DNA of 64,000 bases from Capsulimonadales bacterium (GTDB lineage Bacteria; Armatimonadota; Armatimonadia; Armatimonadales; Armatimonadaceae). Shown piece after piece: positions 1 through 10,579 of the stretch; positions within the stretch are counted from its first letter, which is position 1, and each line of letters opens with the position of its first letter. The notes below the pieces were generated by a model that worked only from the letters and a program-made list of their open reading frames with translations, searched no databases and was not told where the DNA came from. The position numbers were made by a program, and so were the translations under genes. Location of the stretch: assembly GCA_033762295.1 (NCBI GenBank), contig JANRLW010000043.1, positions 92,715 through 156,714 on the forward strand, written 5' to 3'.

Positions 1-3000
1 GTCGAACTGGCGAACGGTCGGCCTGTTTTGCCCTGCGCCGTCGTCGTGATGACGGAACCGGGGGAGGAACCCCTGGCGGTGGAGGCCATGAAACGCGGCG
101 CGCACGATTATCTCGACCGGCTGCGCGCGACTCCGGAGATTCTTTCCCGCGTCATTGAAAATGCGATCCGTCGGTTCGAACTGGGCCGCGAAAACGACCG
201 GCAGCGGAGTATCCTGCGCGAGAACGAGGAACGGCTGAGAATCGCCCTGCAGACCGCCCAGATGGGCAGCTACGAGTGGGACCTCGCCACCAACGTAATC
301 CGCTGGCAGCCGGAATTGGAGCGTCTCTACGGGCTTCGTCCGGGCCATTTCGATGGCACCTACGAGCACTGGGTCTCGATGATCGAACCGGAGGATCTTC
401 CGACACTGGAACGGCTTCGGCCCGAACTCGTCTGGATGGGCGAGACCTCGGGCGATTTCCGAATCCATCGCCCCGATGGAACCGTGCGCTGGATCCATGC
501 CCGTGACAAAATGGTGCGCGACCGTCACGGCACTCCCGAAAGGATCGTCGGCGTTCACGTCGACATCACCGAACGGAAGCAGGCGGAAGAGGCCCAGCAG
601 CGTCAGTTCGAACGTCAAACGCTGTTGCTGGAGTGCTCACGATTGTTGCTGGCGAGCGGACGAGGGGACCGTGAGCGCACCGAGTTGGTGTTCGAACGGA
701 TTCGCGGACATCTGGACGCCGATATCTGTTTCCATTACGAACCCGACCCCGCCAACGGAGACCTTCGCCTGGTCGCCGGTATCGGCATCCCGCCCGAAAT
801 GGCGGCGGAAGCGGCGCGGTTGGGCCTGGGACAGGCGTTCTGCGGGACGGTCGCGGAAACCTCTGCGCCGCTCCGACGGAACGCCGCCGAGGTGGCGGTC
901 GATCCGCAAGGCGCGTTCGTTCGTCGGGCGGGGGGACGGTGTTACGCCTCCCATCCGTTGCTCTCCGGGACCGGCGGGCTGCTGGGAACTTTTTCCGTCG
1001 CCAGTTCGCGACGCGAATCGTTTTCCGACGAGGAGATCGGCTTCCTGCAGACCCTAGCACATCTGATGGCGCTCGCCGCCGAGCGGGAACGGACCGAGGC
1101 CGCACTTCACCTGAGCGATCAGCGATTCCGCCTCGCGTTCGAGCAAGCCAATATCGGAATCGCCTATGTCACCCCGGACGGGCGCTGGCTCCGGGTGAAT
1201 GATCGGCTGTGCGCCATGCTCGGATACGCCTGCGAGGAGTTGATGCGCCTGCCGGCGTCCGCCATGTGGATTGCCGGTGAGGAAGGCGACGACCGGGAAC
1301 TTCGGGAAAAGCTGCTGACCGGGGAGATCGGGTCGTTTGCCCGGGAAAAACGCTACCGGAAGAAAAATGGGGAAATCCTCTGGGTACATCGAACCGTCGC
1401 GCTCGCCCGCGATGCGCAGGGACGCCCGGACTACTTCATTCTGATTGTCGAGGATATCTCGGACCGAAAACGGGCCGAGGAGGAGCGGCAGCATATCGTC
1501 GAAAGCGCCGGATGCCTGCTCTGGTCGTGCGAGGTTCGCAACGACGGCGAGAAACTTCGCTGGGAGACGACCTATTTTGACGAAGAGGCCGCCCAGCGTC
1601 TGGTGCCGATTCGTCCGAAACCCGGCAAGAGATACATCTGGCACTGGCATGATGTCCGGTTCCCGGAGGATCGCGAACGAAACTATCGCCACGGGGAACG
1701 CTGTGTGCGGGCCGGTCAGGACTACCAGGATGAGTTCCGCATGCGGGCCGAGGATGGTTCGGTGCGCTGGCTGCGGGAGGATGTGCGGGTTCGGACGATC
1801 GAGGAAGGGCAACGCTGGAGCCTCGTCGGTGTCTGCACCGATATCACGAGCCTGAAAGCGGCGGAAGCCGAACGGACCTACGTACTCGAAAGCGCCCGCT
1901 GCCTTCTCTGGCACGCGACCGTCCACGATATCGGAACCGACGCGCTGGAGTGGGAAGTCTCCTCACCCTCGGCGGAAAGCGGTAACCGTTTCGTCATCCT
2001 CGAAGTCCCTCCGCACAAAACGTATATGGATATGTTCCACGCCGCCAGGTTGCCGGAGGACCGGGAACGGACGGATCGGGACGGCAACCGTCATCTGCGT
2101 GAGGATCGGGGGTATCAGCAGGAGTTCCGGGTGCGGGCCGCGTCCGGTGAGATACGCTGGGTCCATGAATCGGTCCGGGTGGATGTTCTCGAACCGGGGA
2201 AACGGTGGCGACTGGCCGGGGTCTGTGTCGATATCACCGAACAAAAACGCGCGGAGGAGTTAATCCGTAACGAAAAGGAGCTGCTGAGCCGGGTCGCTGA
2301 GACAGTGCCGGGCGTGGTCTGCGCGTACCGGCTCGATCCGGACGGACGCGTTTCGATGCCATATGCCGCGCCGGGTATCCGCGACCTCTACGGATTGACA
2401 CCGGAGGACGTGCGGGAGGATGCCTCCCGCCTCATGGAACTCTGGCACCCCGGGGACCGTGACCTGCTGATTTCCACCATCGACGAATCGCGACGGACGA
2501 TGGCTCCCTGGCAATGCGAGTTCCGTGCGCTTGTTCCGACGCGCGGGGAGATCTGGGTCGAAGGGCATTCGGTGCCGAAACGGGAGGACGACGGCAGTAC
2601 CATCTGGTATGGCATGCTGACCGAAATCACCGGGCGAAAGCGTGCTGAAGAGTTCGCGTACGGCCATCGTGAGGTGCTGGAACGGATCGCCGACACCGCT
2701 CCGCTGGCCGAAACGATCGACCTCCTGCTGCGACACACGGAGCGGTACTCTCCGGGGATGATCTGCGGCGTGCTGCTGCCCGACGCGGACGGTAAGCGTC
2801 TCCGCCATATCGCCGGTCCGAGCCTTCCGGAGCCGTATGTGCGGGCGATCGATGGTGTGGAGATCGGGCCGAATGCCGGGAGTTGCGGAACCGCCGCCTA
2901 CCGGCGAGATACGGTGTTCGTCGAGGATATCGCCACCGATCCGCTCTGGCAGGATTTTCGGCACCTGGCATTGCCCCATGGTCTCCGCGCCTGCTGGTCG

Positions 3001-5160
3001 ACTCCGGTTCTCGACCGCGACGGCACGGTGCTCGGGACATTCGCCGCCTATTTCCGAAACCCGGTTCTGCCGTCGCCGTCCCATCTGGTTCTGGCGCAGG
3101 ATGTCATTCGGACGCTGACCCTTTGCCTGCGGAGGCATCGGGCGGAACAGGCGTTACGGGAAAGCGAAAACCGCCTGCGCGACCTGATTGAGGGGCTTCC
3201 GCAGCTGGTCTGGACCTGTGAACCGCAGGGAACCTGTGACTACCTCAGTCCGCAATGGGTCGAATATACAGGTGTCCCGATGGTGGAGCAACTGGAATAC
3301 GGCTGGGGTAAGCAGATCCATCCGGAGGATTTACCCGGTCTCCTCGAGGATTGGAAAGCGGTTGTCGACAGCGGCGAACCCGGTCGGCTGTTGTTTCGCA
3401 TCCGTCGGTGGGACGGCGTGTACCGCTGGTTCGACACCCGTGCCATCCCCCTCCGGGACGAGAACGGCCGGGTGATCAAGTGGTTCGGCACCAATACCGA
3501 TATCGAGGATAGCGAGCGTACGAAACAGGCGTTGCGCGACGAGCAGGAGCGATTCACGCGCGTCGCCTCCTCCGTTCCCGGAGCGATCTATTCGTTCCGA
3601 CTCAGTCCCGACGGTTCGATCAGTTTGCCGTACGCCAGTCCGGCACTGCGCGAAATCGTCGGAGCGGACGCGGAGACGTTCCGGCACGACGCCTCGGGTA
3701 TCTACGAAATGATCGATCCCGCAGATATCGATCATTTCCGGTCCTCGATCCTGGAATCGGGACGGACCCTTACCGAGTGGAACTGTGAGTTCCGCCTCCG
3801 CCATCCCCGGAAGGGACTGCTCTGGATTGAGGGGCGATCGACGCCGGTGGCCGAACCGGACGGAAGCATCCTCTGGCATGGTTTTCTTTCGGATATCACC
3901 CGCCGAAAACAGGCCGAGGAATCGGTCATCCGCCTGAATGCCGAACTGGAGAAGCGGGTCCGTGAGCGAACGCGCGAACTCGTCCGGGCCAAGGAGGAGG
4001 CGGAGCGGGAACGCCTGGCCGCCGATGTCGCGCGGCGTGAGTCCGATAAAGCCAACGCCGCCAAGAGCGAGTTTCTTTCGCGCATGAGCCACGAACTGCG
4101 AACGCCGCTCAACAGTATTCTGGGATTCGCCCAGGTGATGGAGATGCAGTCCGCCGACCCCCGGCAGACGGCGCGCATCGGCCATATTCTCAAAGCCGGA
4201 AAGCACCTGCTCCAGCTGATCAACGAAGTTCTGGACATGGCGCGTGTCGAGGCCGGTCACCTGTCCCTGTCCCTGGAACCGATCAACCTGCGCCTGGCCG
4301 TGGAAACCGTGCTGGACCTGATCCGCCCGTTGAGCCAGCAGCAATCGCTATCGGTCGTCCACGATTTACCAGGGACCGACGATGTCTTCGTCCTCGCCGA
4401 TCAGCAGCGGCTCTCCCAGGTGTTGCTGAATCTGCTTTCCAATGCCGTAAAATACAACCGGGTCGGCGGCGAGGTGCGAGTCGGGATCGAGGATGCCGGA
4501 AGGGACCGGGTCCGTATCAACGTTTCGGATACCGGCAGGGGAATCGCCCCGGAGGATCTGAGGCTGCTGTTTTTACCGTTCGAGCGGGTCGGGAACCAGA
4601 TGGAGAACATCGAGGGGACCGGATTGGGACTCGCGCTGTCGAAACGTCTTGTGGAAGCGATGGGGGGAGCGATCGGTGTCGAAAGCGTTCCCGGGAAGGG
4701 CAGTACCTTCCGGTTCGAACTGGTGCGGGCGGCGGGACTCCCCGACCCCGCACTACCCGCCGCGGAGACGGGCTTGCCGTCGGCACCCGAACATAACCAT
4801 ACGATTCTCTATATCGAAGACAATCTGGCCAATCTCCAGTTCATCGAGGAGGTGCTCGCGGATCGTCCGAATATCCGCATCGTCCGGTCCATGCAGGGGA
4901 CCGTCGGTCTGGAACTGGCACGGCAGCGTCCGCCGTCGCTGATTCTGCTGGACCTGCATTTACCGGATCTTTCGGGTGAGGAGGTACTGCGCCGACTGCG
5001 ATCGGACCCGCGAACATGCGACGTGCCGGTAGTGGTGATCTCCGCTGCGGCGATCACCGACAACGGGCGTCGGCTCCGCGAACTGGGAGCCTCCAATTTT
5101 CTGATGAAGCCGGTCGATGTCCGGCAATTCCTCGAGACGATCGCCGATATTCTGCCGTAA
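1..5160 (+). CDS. Hybrid sensor histidine kinase (partial REC, multiple PAS/PAC, 2 GAF, HisKA, HATPase, C-terminal REC); 5' end probably outside window
   Basis: ORF 28..5160 is open back to position 1. H-box FLSRMSHELRTPLN, N-box QVLLNLLSNAVKY, G-boxes DTGRGI and GTGLGL. C-terminal ILYIED...LLDLHLP receiver. Many PAS-ending DITERK motifs. Confidence 0.93.
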   Translation, partial: VELANGRPVLPCAVVVMTEPGEEPLAVEAMKRGAHDYLDRLRATPEILSRVIENAIRRFELGRENDRQRSILRENEERLRIALQTAQMGSYEWDLATNVIRWQPELERLYGLRPGHFDGTYEHWVSMIEPEDLPTLERLRPELVWMGETSGDFRIHRPDGTVRWIHARDKMVRDRHGTPERIVGVHVDITERKQAEEAQQRQFERQTLLLECSRLLLASGRGDRERTELVFERIRGHLDADICFHYEPDPANGDLRLVAGIGIPPEMAAEAARLGLGQAFCGTVAETSAPLRRNAAEVAVDPQGAFVRRAGGRCYASHPLLSGTGGLLGTFSVASSRRESFSDEEIGFLQTLAHLMALAAERERTEAALHLSDQRFRLAFEQANIGIAYVTPDGRWLRVNDRLCAMLGYACEELMRLPASAMWIAGEEGDDRELREKLLTGEIGSFAREKRYRKKNGEILWVHRTVALARDAQGRPDYFILIVEDISDRKRAEEERQHIVESAGCLLWSCEVRNDGEKLRWETTYFDEEAAQRLVPIRPKPGKRYIWHWHDVRFPEDRERNYRHGERCVRAGQDYQDEFRMRAEDGSVRWLREDVRVRTIEEGQRWSLVGVCTDITSLKAAEAERTYVLESARCLLWHATVHDIGTDALEWEVSSPSAESGNRFVILEVPPHKTYMDMFHAARLPEDRERTDRDGNRHLREDRGYQQEFRVRAASGEIRWVHESVRVDVLEPGKRWRLAGVCVDITEQKRAEELIRNEKELLSRVAETVPGVVCAYRLDPDGRVSMPYAAPGIRDLYGLTPEDVREDASRLMELWHPGDRDLLISTIDESRRTMAPWQCEFRALVPTRGEIWVEGHSVPKREDDGSTIWYGMLTEITGRKRAEEFAYGHREVLERIADTAPLAETIDLLLRHTERYSPGMICGVLLPDADGKRLRHIAGPSLPEPYVRAIDGVEIGPNAGSCGTAAYRRDTVFVEDIATDPLWQDFRHLALPHGLRACWSTPVLDRDGTVLGTFAAYFRNPVLPSPSHLVLAQDVIRTLTLCLRRHRAEQALRESENRLRDLIEGLPQLVWTCEPQGTCDYLSPQWVEYTGVPMVEQLEYGWGKQIHPEDLPGLLEDWKAVVDSGEPGRLLFRIRRWDGVYRWFDTRAIPLRDENGRVIKWFGTNTDIEDSERTKQALRDEQERFTRVASSVPGAIYSFRLSPDGSISLPYASPALREIVGADAETFRHDASGIYEMIDPADIDHFRSSILESGRTLTEWNCEFRLRHPRKGLLWIEGRSTPVAEPDGSILWHGFLSDITRRKQAEESVIRLNAELEKRVRERTRELVRAKEEAERERLAADVARRESDKANAAKSEFLSRMSHELRTPLNSILGFAQVMEMQSADPRQTARIGHILKAGKHLLQLINEVLDMARVEAGHLSLSLEPINLRLAVETVLDLIRPLSQQQSLSVVHDLPGTDDVFVLADQQRLSQVLLNLLSNAVKYNRVGGEVRVGIEDAGRDRVRINVSDTGRGIAPEDLRLLFLPFERVGNQMENIEGTGLGLALSKRLVEAMGGAIGVESVPGKGSTFRFELVRAAGLPDPALPAAETGLPSAPEHNHTILYIEDNLANLQFIEEVLADRPNIRIVRSMQGTVGLELARQRPPSLILLDLHLPDLSGEEVLRRLRSDPRTCDVPVVVISAAAITDNGRRLRELGASNFLMKPVDVRQFLETIADILP

Positions 5161-5218
5161 CCTGGAAACCCGGCAGAGACGATGAAAGGCAGGGAGGCTG
5201 AGAAAGGAACTGCGTCCA

Positions 5219-6349
5219 TTGAAACGTCCGCGGAAACCGAACGAAGCCACGCCGGTGAACGAACAGAAAGCGTTGTATGCGGCGGTGCGGAATGCACGGA
5301 TTCTAATTGTCGATGACGAGCCGGCGAATATCGCGGTCGTAACCGACATGCTGATGGATGCGGGTTACGCACAACTGCTCGGAACGGTCGACCCGTTCCA
5401 GGTTCTCGGCGCCACGGAGTCGTTCCGTCCCGACCTGATTCTGCTCGATATGATGATGCCCGGCCTCGATGGCGCGGCGGTGATGGATCAACTGACGGAA
5501 GCGTACGGGGGCAATTTCGAGGTTCCGATCCTGGTTTTGACCGCCGATGCTTCCCTGCGAACAAAACGTTTCGTGCTCGCCAAAGGCGCGAGCGATTTCC
5601 TGACGAAACCCTTTGACGTCACCGAACTCCTTCTGCGGATCGAGAACCTGCTGGAAACCCGATTCCTGCAGGTGCGGCTCAAGGAGCAGAACGATCTGCT
5701 GGAACAACGGGTGCGAGAGCGGACGGCCGAACTGGAAGCGGCGCAGCGGCGGATTGCGGATTATGCCGAGGAACTGGAGGGGGCGTACACCGAAACCCTG
5801 GAACGGCTCGCCCGCGTGATCGAGTTTCGCGACGATGAGACCGGCCAGCACACGCATCGGGTCGGTGTGACGGCGACCATGATCGCCGAACGCCTGGGCT
5901 TCAGCCCGGAACAGGCGCGACGGATCGGCCAGGCGGGTCGCCTGCACGATATCGGGAAGGTCGCCATCTCGGATCAGACGCTTCTCAAACCGGGACGACT
6001 CACCGACGAGGAGTTCGAGGTGATGAAGTCGCACGCCTCGATCGGCGGGGTGCTGTTCGAAGGCGGGCGTTCGGAGATGATCCGGATGGCCTACCGGATC
6101 GCCGCGAGCCACCACGAACGCTGGGACGGGACGGGATATCCGCTCGGTTTGGTCGGGGAGGCGATTCCGATCGAGGCCCGCATTCTGGCCGTCGCCGATG
6201 TGTTCGACGCGTTGACACATGCGCGTCCGTACAAGCCGGCCTGGCCCGTCGCCGAGGCGGTCGCCGAGATCGCACGGCAGAGCGGGCGGCAGTTCGATCC
6301 GAAGGTCGTCGCCGTCTTCCTCGAACTGCCGCACGAAACGCTGGTCTGA
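5219..6349 (+). CDS. Response regulator with HD-GYP c-di-GMP phosphodiesterase domain
   Basis: ILIVDDE...LLDMMMP receiver; LHDIGK and HHERWDGTGYP motifs; AGAAAGGA RBS before the TTG start. Confidence 0.92.
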   Translation: MKRPRKPNEATPVNEQKALYAAVRNARILIVDDEPANIAVVTDMLMDAGYAQLLGTVDPFQVLGATESFRPDLILLDMMMPGLDGAAVMDQLTEAYGGNFEVPILVLTADASLRTKRFVLAKGASDFLTKPFDVTELLLRIENLLETRFLQVRLKEQNDLLEQRVRERTAELEAAQRRIADYAEELEGAYTETLERLARVIEFRDDETGQHTHRVGVTATMIAERLGFSPEQARRIGQAGRLHDIGKVAISDQTLLKPGRLTDEEFEVMKSHASIGGVLFEGGRSEMIRMAYRIAASHHERWDGTGYPLGLVGEAIPIEARILAVADVFDALTHARPYKPAWPVAEAVAEIARQSGRQFDPKVVAVFLELPHETLV

Positions 6350-6358
6350 GCCGGCCCG

Positions 6359-6397
6359 ATCGGACGGATCGGGCGGATCGGCCGGATCGGGCCAATC
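6359..6397. repeat. Short 9-bp tandem repeat (ATCGGNCGG, about 4 copies) between convergent genes
   Basis: atcggacgg atcgggcgg atcggccgg atcgggcca is visible directly in the sequence. Confidence 0.6.
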
Positions 6398-7346
6398 AGG
6401 CGAGCACGGCTTTGATCTCCGCGTGGTCGGCTTCGGAAAGGGTGACACCGGACGCCGCCACGTTATCATTGATCTGGTCCGGGCGCGACGCTCCGATAAT
6501 GACGCTCGAAACTTCGGGACGGCGCAGGCACCAGGCGAGGGCCATCTGCGACAGGGTGATCCCGTTGCGCTGCGCGATCGGAAACAGCCGCTGGACCTTT
6601 TCCAGCAGGTTCTCGTCCAGCTTTCCCCGATTCATCCAGGTGTTCTGGTCCGGGTCCGAGGCGCGGGACCCTTCCGGCAGCGGCATCCCCGGTTTATACT
6701 TGCCGGTCAGGAGACCCTGCGCCAGCGGCGAGTAGACGATCAGCCCGATACCGAGCCGGGCGCAGGTCGGAAGCACCTCCTTTTCAATGTTGCGGTGAAG
6801 AGCATTGTATTGCGGCTGGTTGGAGGCGATCGGGTGAAGGTCGTACTCGGAAACGAATTTATCGGCCTCGTTGAGCTGCGCGGCCGACCACTCGGACACC
6901 CCGTAGTACAGGATCTTTCCCTGGCGAACCAGATCGTCGAAGGCCATCAGGGTCTCTTCGACCGGAGTGTCGTTATCGTAACGATGCGCCTGGTAAATAT
7001 CGATATACTCGGTTCCGAGGCGTTTCAGGCTGGCATGGCACTGTTCGAAGATATGCTTTCGCGAAAGCCCACGGTCGTTCGGGCCGCTCCCCATCGGAAA
7101 ATAGACTTTGGTGGCCAGCACAAAGGAGGAGCGGGGGTAGGCGGACAGCGACTTCCCGACGATCTCTTCGCTGCGTCCGCCCGCATAGGCATTCGCCGTA
7201 TCGAAAAGGTTGACCCCCAGATCGTAGGCGCGTTCGATACAGGCGCGGGCGGTTTCGTCCGCCGAGGCTCCGCCGTAGGTCAACCAGGACCCCAGGCTCA
7301 CCTCCGACACGCGGACGCCGAATTTTCCGAGTTTGCGGTATTTCAA
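6396..7346 (-). CDS. Aldo/keto reductase (Kv-beta/YajO-like)
   Basis: KYRKLGKFGVRVSEVSLGSW, FDTANAY, LATKV, IDIYQAH, YSPLAQGLLTGKY. Start trimmed to TTG at 7346. Confidence 0.92.
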   Translation of the reverse strand: MKYRKLGKFGVRVSEVSLGSWLTYGGASADETARACIERAYDLGVNLFDTANAYAGGRSEEIVGKSLSAYPRSSFVLATKVYFPMGSGPNDRGLSRKHIFEQCHASLKRLGTEYIDIYQAHRYDNDTPVEETLMAFDDLVRQGKILYYGVSEWSAAQLNEADKFVSEYDLHPIASNQPQYNALHRNIEKEVLPTCARLGIGLIVYSPLAQGLLTGKYKPGMPLPEGSRASDPDQNTWMNRGKLDENLLEKVQRLFPIAQRNGITLSQMALAWCLRRPEVSSVIIGASRPDQINDNVAASGVTLSEADHAEIKAVLA

Positions 7347-7488
7347 GGTTTTCGTTCTTCCTGTGAATTGATTTCTCTTCGGGATTCGTTGTGGGAAGGC
7401 CGATTTCCTGTCCGTCCGTCCTTTCCGAACGAGCGGGCAGGAAGGTCCGGAACGGTCGCCGAAGCAAAGAGGGAAGGGAACAACGACC

Positions 7489-8256
7489 ATGCAACTGGGC
7501 ATACAAACGATCATTTTCGGCAAACGCACGGGCGAGGACCTGCCGGGCGTCCTCAGGGATATCAAGGCCGCCGGGTACGACGGGGTGGAGTTCGGCATGG
7601 GCAGCCGAACGCCGGAAGAGGTTCTGACCCTGTTTCGTTCGGAGAATCTGGCGGTCTGCGGCTACCATGCCGGATACAACACGTTTACCGATCCGGAGGA
7701 GACAAAAAAGCAGGGCAAACACCTGGCGGCGGTCGGCGGAAAGTACCTGATGTGTTCCGGGATCGAGGGCTGGCAGAAAGCCGATCGGGACGCTTACCTG
7801 CGTTCGGCGGAAAACTTCAACCGGGCGGGCGCGGCGCTGCGCGAGGAAGGCGTCCATTTCTGTTATCACAACCATAACTGGGAGTTCTTCCCCCTTGCCG
7901 ACGGCGGTAACGGCATGGATCTCCTGATCGCCCACACGGACCCGGAACTGGTGAAGCTCTGCCCCGACGTCTACTGGCTTGCCTGCGGCGGCAACGACCC
8001 GGCGGCCTGGATTCGGCAGAACGCCGCGCGTTGCGTCTACTTCCACTTCAAGGATGGAACCTTCGACGCCGCCACGCAGCAGCCGACGACCTTTACCGAA
8101 CTGGGGCGCGGCGCGGTGGACCTGGTCGGAGCGATCGCCGCCGTTCGTGAACTCAACCCGGAATGGGTCGTTACCGAGCAGGATCGTACCGAAGGCGATC
8201 CGGCGGAATCGGCGCGCATCTCGGCCGAATACGCACGGACGACCCTCGGCATCTGA
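7489..8256 (+). CDS. Sugar phosphate isomerase/epimerase (xylose isomerase-like TIM barrel)
   Basis: AGYDGVE, YHNHNWEF, HFKD, VTEQD motifs. Confidence 0.85.
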   Translation: MQLGIQTIIFGKRTGEDLPGVLRDIKAAGYDGVEFGMGSRTPEEVLTLFRSENLAVCGYHAGYNTFTDPEETKKQGKHLAAVGGKYLMCSGIEGWQKADRDAYLRSAENFNRAGAALREEGVHFCYHNHNWEFFPLADGGNGMDLLIAHTDPELVKLCPDVYWLACGGNDPAAWIRQNAARCVYFHFKDGTFDAATQQPTTFTELGRGAVDLVGAIAAVRELNPEWVVTEQDRTEGDPAESARISAEYARTTLGI

Positions 8257-8278
8257 CACCGCCGGTCCCGCCCCAATT

Positions 8279-8302
8279 GCCTCCCCGCCCGTCCGGGGAG
8301 GC
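8279..8302. terminator. Hairpin between convergent genes
   Basis: gcctccccg...cggggaggc inverted repeat; no clear U-tract. Confidence 0.4.
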
Positions 8303-10552
8303 TCAGGACAGGTCCAGCCTCGGCAGCGAGGCGGCGAGCCGATACCAGCGGCGCGCATGGGTCGCGTGGGCGTACTCCGGGCGAAAGCCCAGTCGTAGAT
8401 AGACTTTGATCGCCGGAACCCGGAAATCGTCCGTATGGAGCACGGCATCGCGGCAGCCAAGGTTCACGAACTCGTGGAGGGTCGCCAGCGATACCAGGTA
8501 GCCCAGACCCTTCCCCCGATGGTCGGGGTCCGCGCCCACCCAGTGAACATACCCCGATTCCGGGAACTCGTCGGGCAGAAGCCGGGCGGAAGCCGTCGCC
8601 ACAACACGCCCATCCTGCTCGATCACGAACACCGATCGAACGCTTTCATCGTCGAATAGCCATTGCTGCGCTTCGGCAATGCCCCAGGTCATCTCCGCGA
8701 ACGCTTTTTGCTGGACCGACGCGATGCCCTCCGCGTCCGACCGAACGGCTTTTCGCAACGTGTACCCTTCGGGCAGTTCGATCGGCGGAAGTCCGTTCAG
8801 GTGCGGGCGGCGCAGCAACAACTGCGGTCGGTCGCCGGTTTCACGGAACAGTCGGCGCAGAACCGATAACGACAGTTTGGAGCGTCGGTCGCGCGCGACG
8901 ACGCCGAACGGAGAGGTGGTGAGCCGGCGAAGCCAGTCGTCCTCGGCCCAGGGATGATCCGCCCAGCACCAGACGGTCGCTCCGGCGACGGAGGGATGGG
9001 ACAGGATCGCCTTCCATTCCGCCTCGATTACCCGCGCCTGCTCGTCCTCGGAGACACCGCCATCGTGGACTCCGGCAATGCCCGGATAACCGAACTCGGT
9101 GATCAGGATCGGCTTCTCCGGATATCGCGCGGCGAGGGAGGCGATTGCGTCTTTCCAGCGGGCGGCGCCGTCCTTCGCCTCGATCAGCGGCTCCCCGCCC
9201 CATTGCCGGGCTCCCCACGTCGGGTATCGGTTGACGCAGCAAACATCGTCGGCGTCGAAATGCGCGTGGTCGGGCCAACGGTCCGAAACATGGACCGCGA
9301 GCCGGGACGGGTCCAGCTGTTTCGCCAGTCGCACGAGTTCGGCGTTGCCCTGCGCGACGAGCCCGTTCGCCTCGTGGGTTTCGTTGGAGACGGAGAAAAA
9401 CACGAGCGACGGGTGGTTGAAATCCCGTTCGATCATCCGGGTCAGTTGACGACGAGCGGCGGCGAGTTTGGCGGCATGGTTCTCCTCGCGGTCGCCCCAC
9501 CAGTACAGCGGAATCTCGGTCATGGCGAGAAGACCGATCTCATCGCACAGGGCAAGCGTCGCCTCATCGTGAGGATAGTGGCAGAGACGAACGAAGTTGG
9601 CGCCGAGGTCCTTCAGGCGCAGAAGATCCTGACGAGCGGCCTCGGGATCGGCGCACAGGGAGGCGTGTTCGCTATCCTCGTGACGATTGAACCCGCAGAG
9701 CAGAAGCGGCTGACCGTTGAGCCTCAGGCGACCACGGAGCGTTTCGATCCGTCGAAAACCGAAACGGATCTCGGTGCGGTCGGGCGTATCGGAGCCGTCG
9801 CGCAATCGCAGGCGGGCGCGATAGAGCACCGGGTTCTCGGGTGTCCAGGGAGTGATTCCGGTGACGCGGCCGGAAACGGTGATCTCGGCGGACTGACGCG
9901 GCGCGACGATACCCGTCTCCATAAAGGCCCCGCGCCAGGAGCTGCGGTCATCCTCGATCACCATGTCGAGGGTGACGCTGGCCGTTTCGGCCCGTCCGTT
10001 TTCCACCGTGGCCTGAAGGACGAAGGTGCCGTCAGGCCAGGCATTCAGCCGTGTTGTCCGGATACGGAGCGGGTCCCCGGCGAGCAAACGAACGGAACGC
10101 AGAATGCCGCCATAGGGCCGCCATCCCCGTTGCGGACCCGGCACCTCCCCGTCCCGCCGGGTGTTGTCGGCGCGAACGACCACGGTGTTCTCCCCGCCGT
10201 ACCGCACGGCTTCGGTGATATCGCACTCGAAGGGGAGGAACCCGTCCGGGTTATCGCCGACGAGGATTCCGTTCAAGTACACCCTTGCGGTATAGTTGAC
10301 CGCGCCAAACCGCAAACGGACCTGCAATCCGCGCCAGTCCTTCGGGACGGCAAAGGAGCGACGGAACCAACCGGTCCCTTCGTAACCGGCCATCCCGGGA
10401 CCGCAGTCATCAAAGACCGACGGAACGCGGACCTCACGCCAGTGCGGAGCGTTTTCGTAATCCGGACCGTTCCATCCCCGTAGTTCGCCTTCGGCGAAGG
10501 GATCGGGAACAAAGCGCCAGATGCCATCGAGAACCAGATCGTAATGCCGCAT
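8303..10552 (-). CDS. Glycoside hydrolase family 2 (beta-glucuronidase/galactosidase-like) fused to a C-terminal GNAT acetyltransferase
   Basis: GFNRHED, NFVRLCHYP, RDFNHPS, SVSNE (acid/base), ITEFG (nucleophile). C-terminal WVGADPDHRGKGLG and AIKVYLRLGF. Confidence 0.88.
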   Translation of the reverse strand: MRHYDLVLDGIWRFVPDPFAEGELRGWNGPDYENAPHWREVRVPSVFDDCGPGMAGYEGTGWFRRSFAVPKDWRGLQVRLRFGAVNYTARVYLNGILVGDNPDGFLPFECDITEAVRYGGENTVVVRADNTRRDGEVPGPQRGWRPYGGILRSVRLLAGDPLRIRTTRLNAWPDGTFVLQATVENGRAETASVTLDMVIEDDRSSWRGAFMETGIVAPRQSAEITVSGRVTGITPWTPENPVLYRARLRLRDGSDTPDRTEIRFGFRRIETLRGRLRLNGQPLLLCGFNRHEDSEHASLCADPEAARQDLLRLKDLGANFVRLCHYPHDEATLALCDEIGLLAMTEIPLYWWGDREENHAAKLAAARRQLTRMIERDFNHPSLVFFSVSNETHEANGLVAQGNAELVRLAKQLDPSRLAVHVSDRWPDHAHFDADDVCCVNRYPTWGARQWGGEPLIEAKDGAARWKDAIASLAARYPEKPILITEFGYPGIAGVHDGGVSEDEQARVIEAEWKAILSHPSVAGATVWCWADHPWAEDDWLRRLTTSPFGVVARDRRSKLSLSVLRRLFRETGDRPQLLLRRPHLNGLPPIELPEGYTLRKAVRSDAEGIASVQQKAFAEMTWGIAEAQQWLFDDESVRSVFVIEQDGRVVATASARLLPDEFPESGYVHWVGADPDHRGKGLGYLVSLATLHEFVNLGCRDAVLHTDDFRVPAIKVYLRLGFRPEYAHATHARRWYRLAASLPRLDLS

Positions 10553-10579
10553 GTGGGTGCCTCCTTTTCGGGTGAACGT

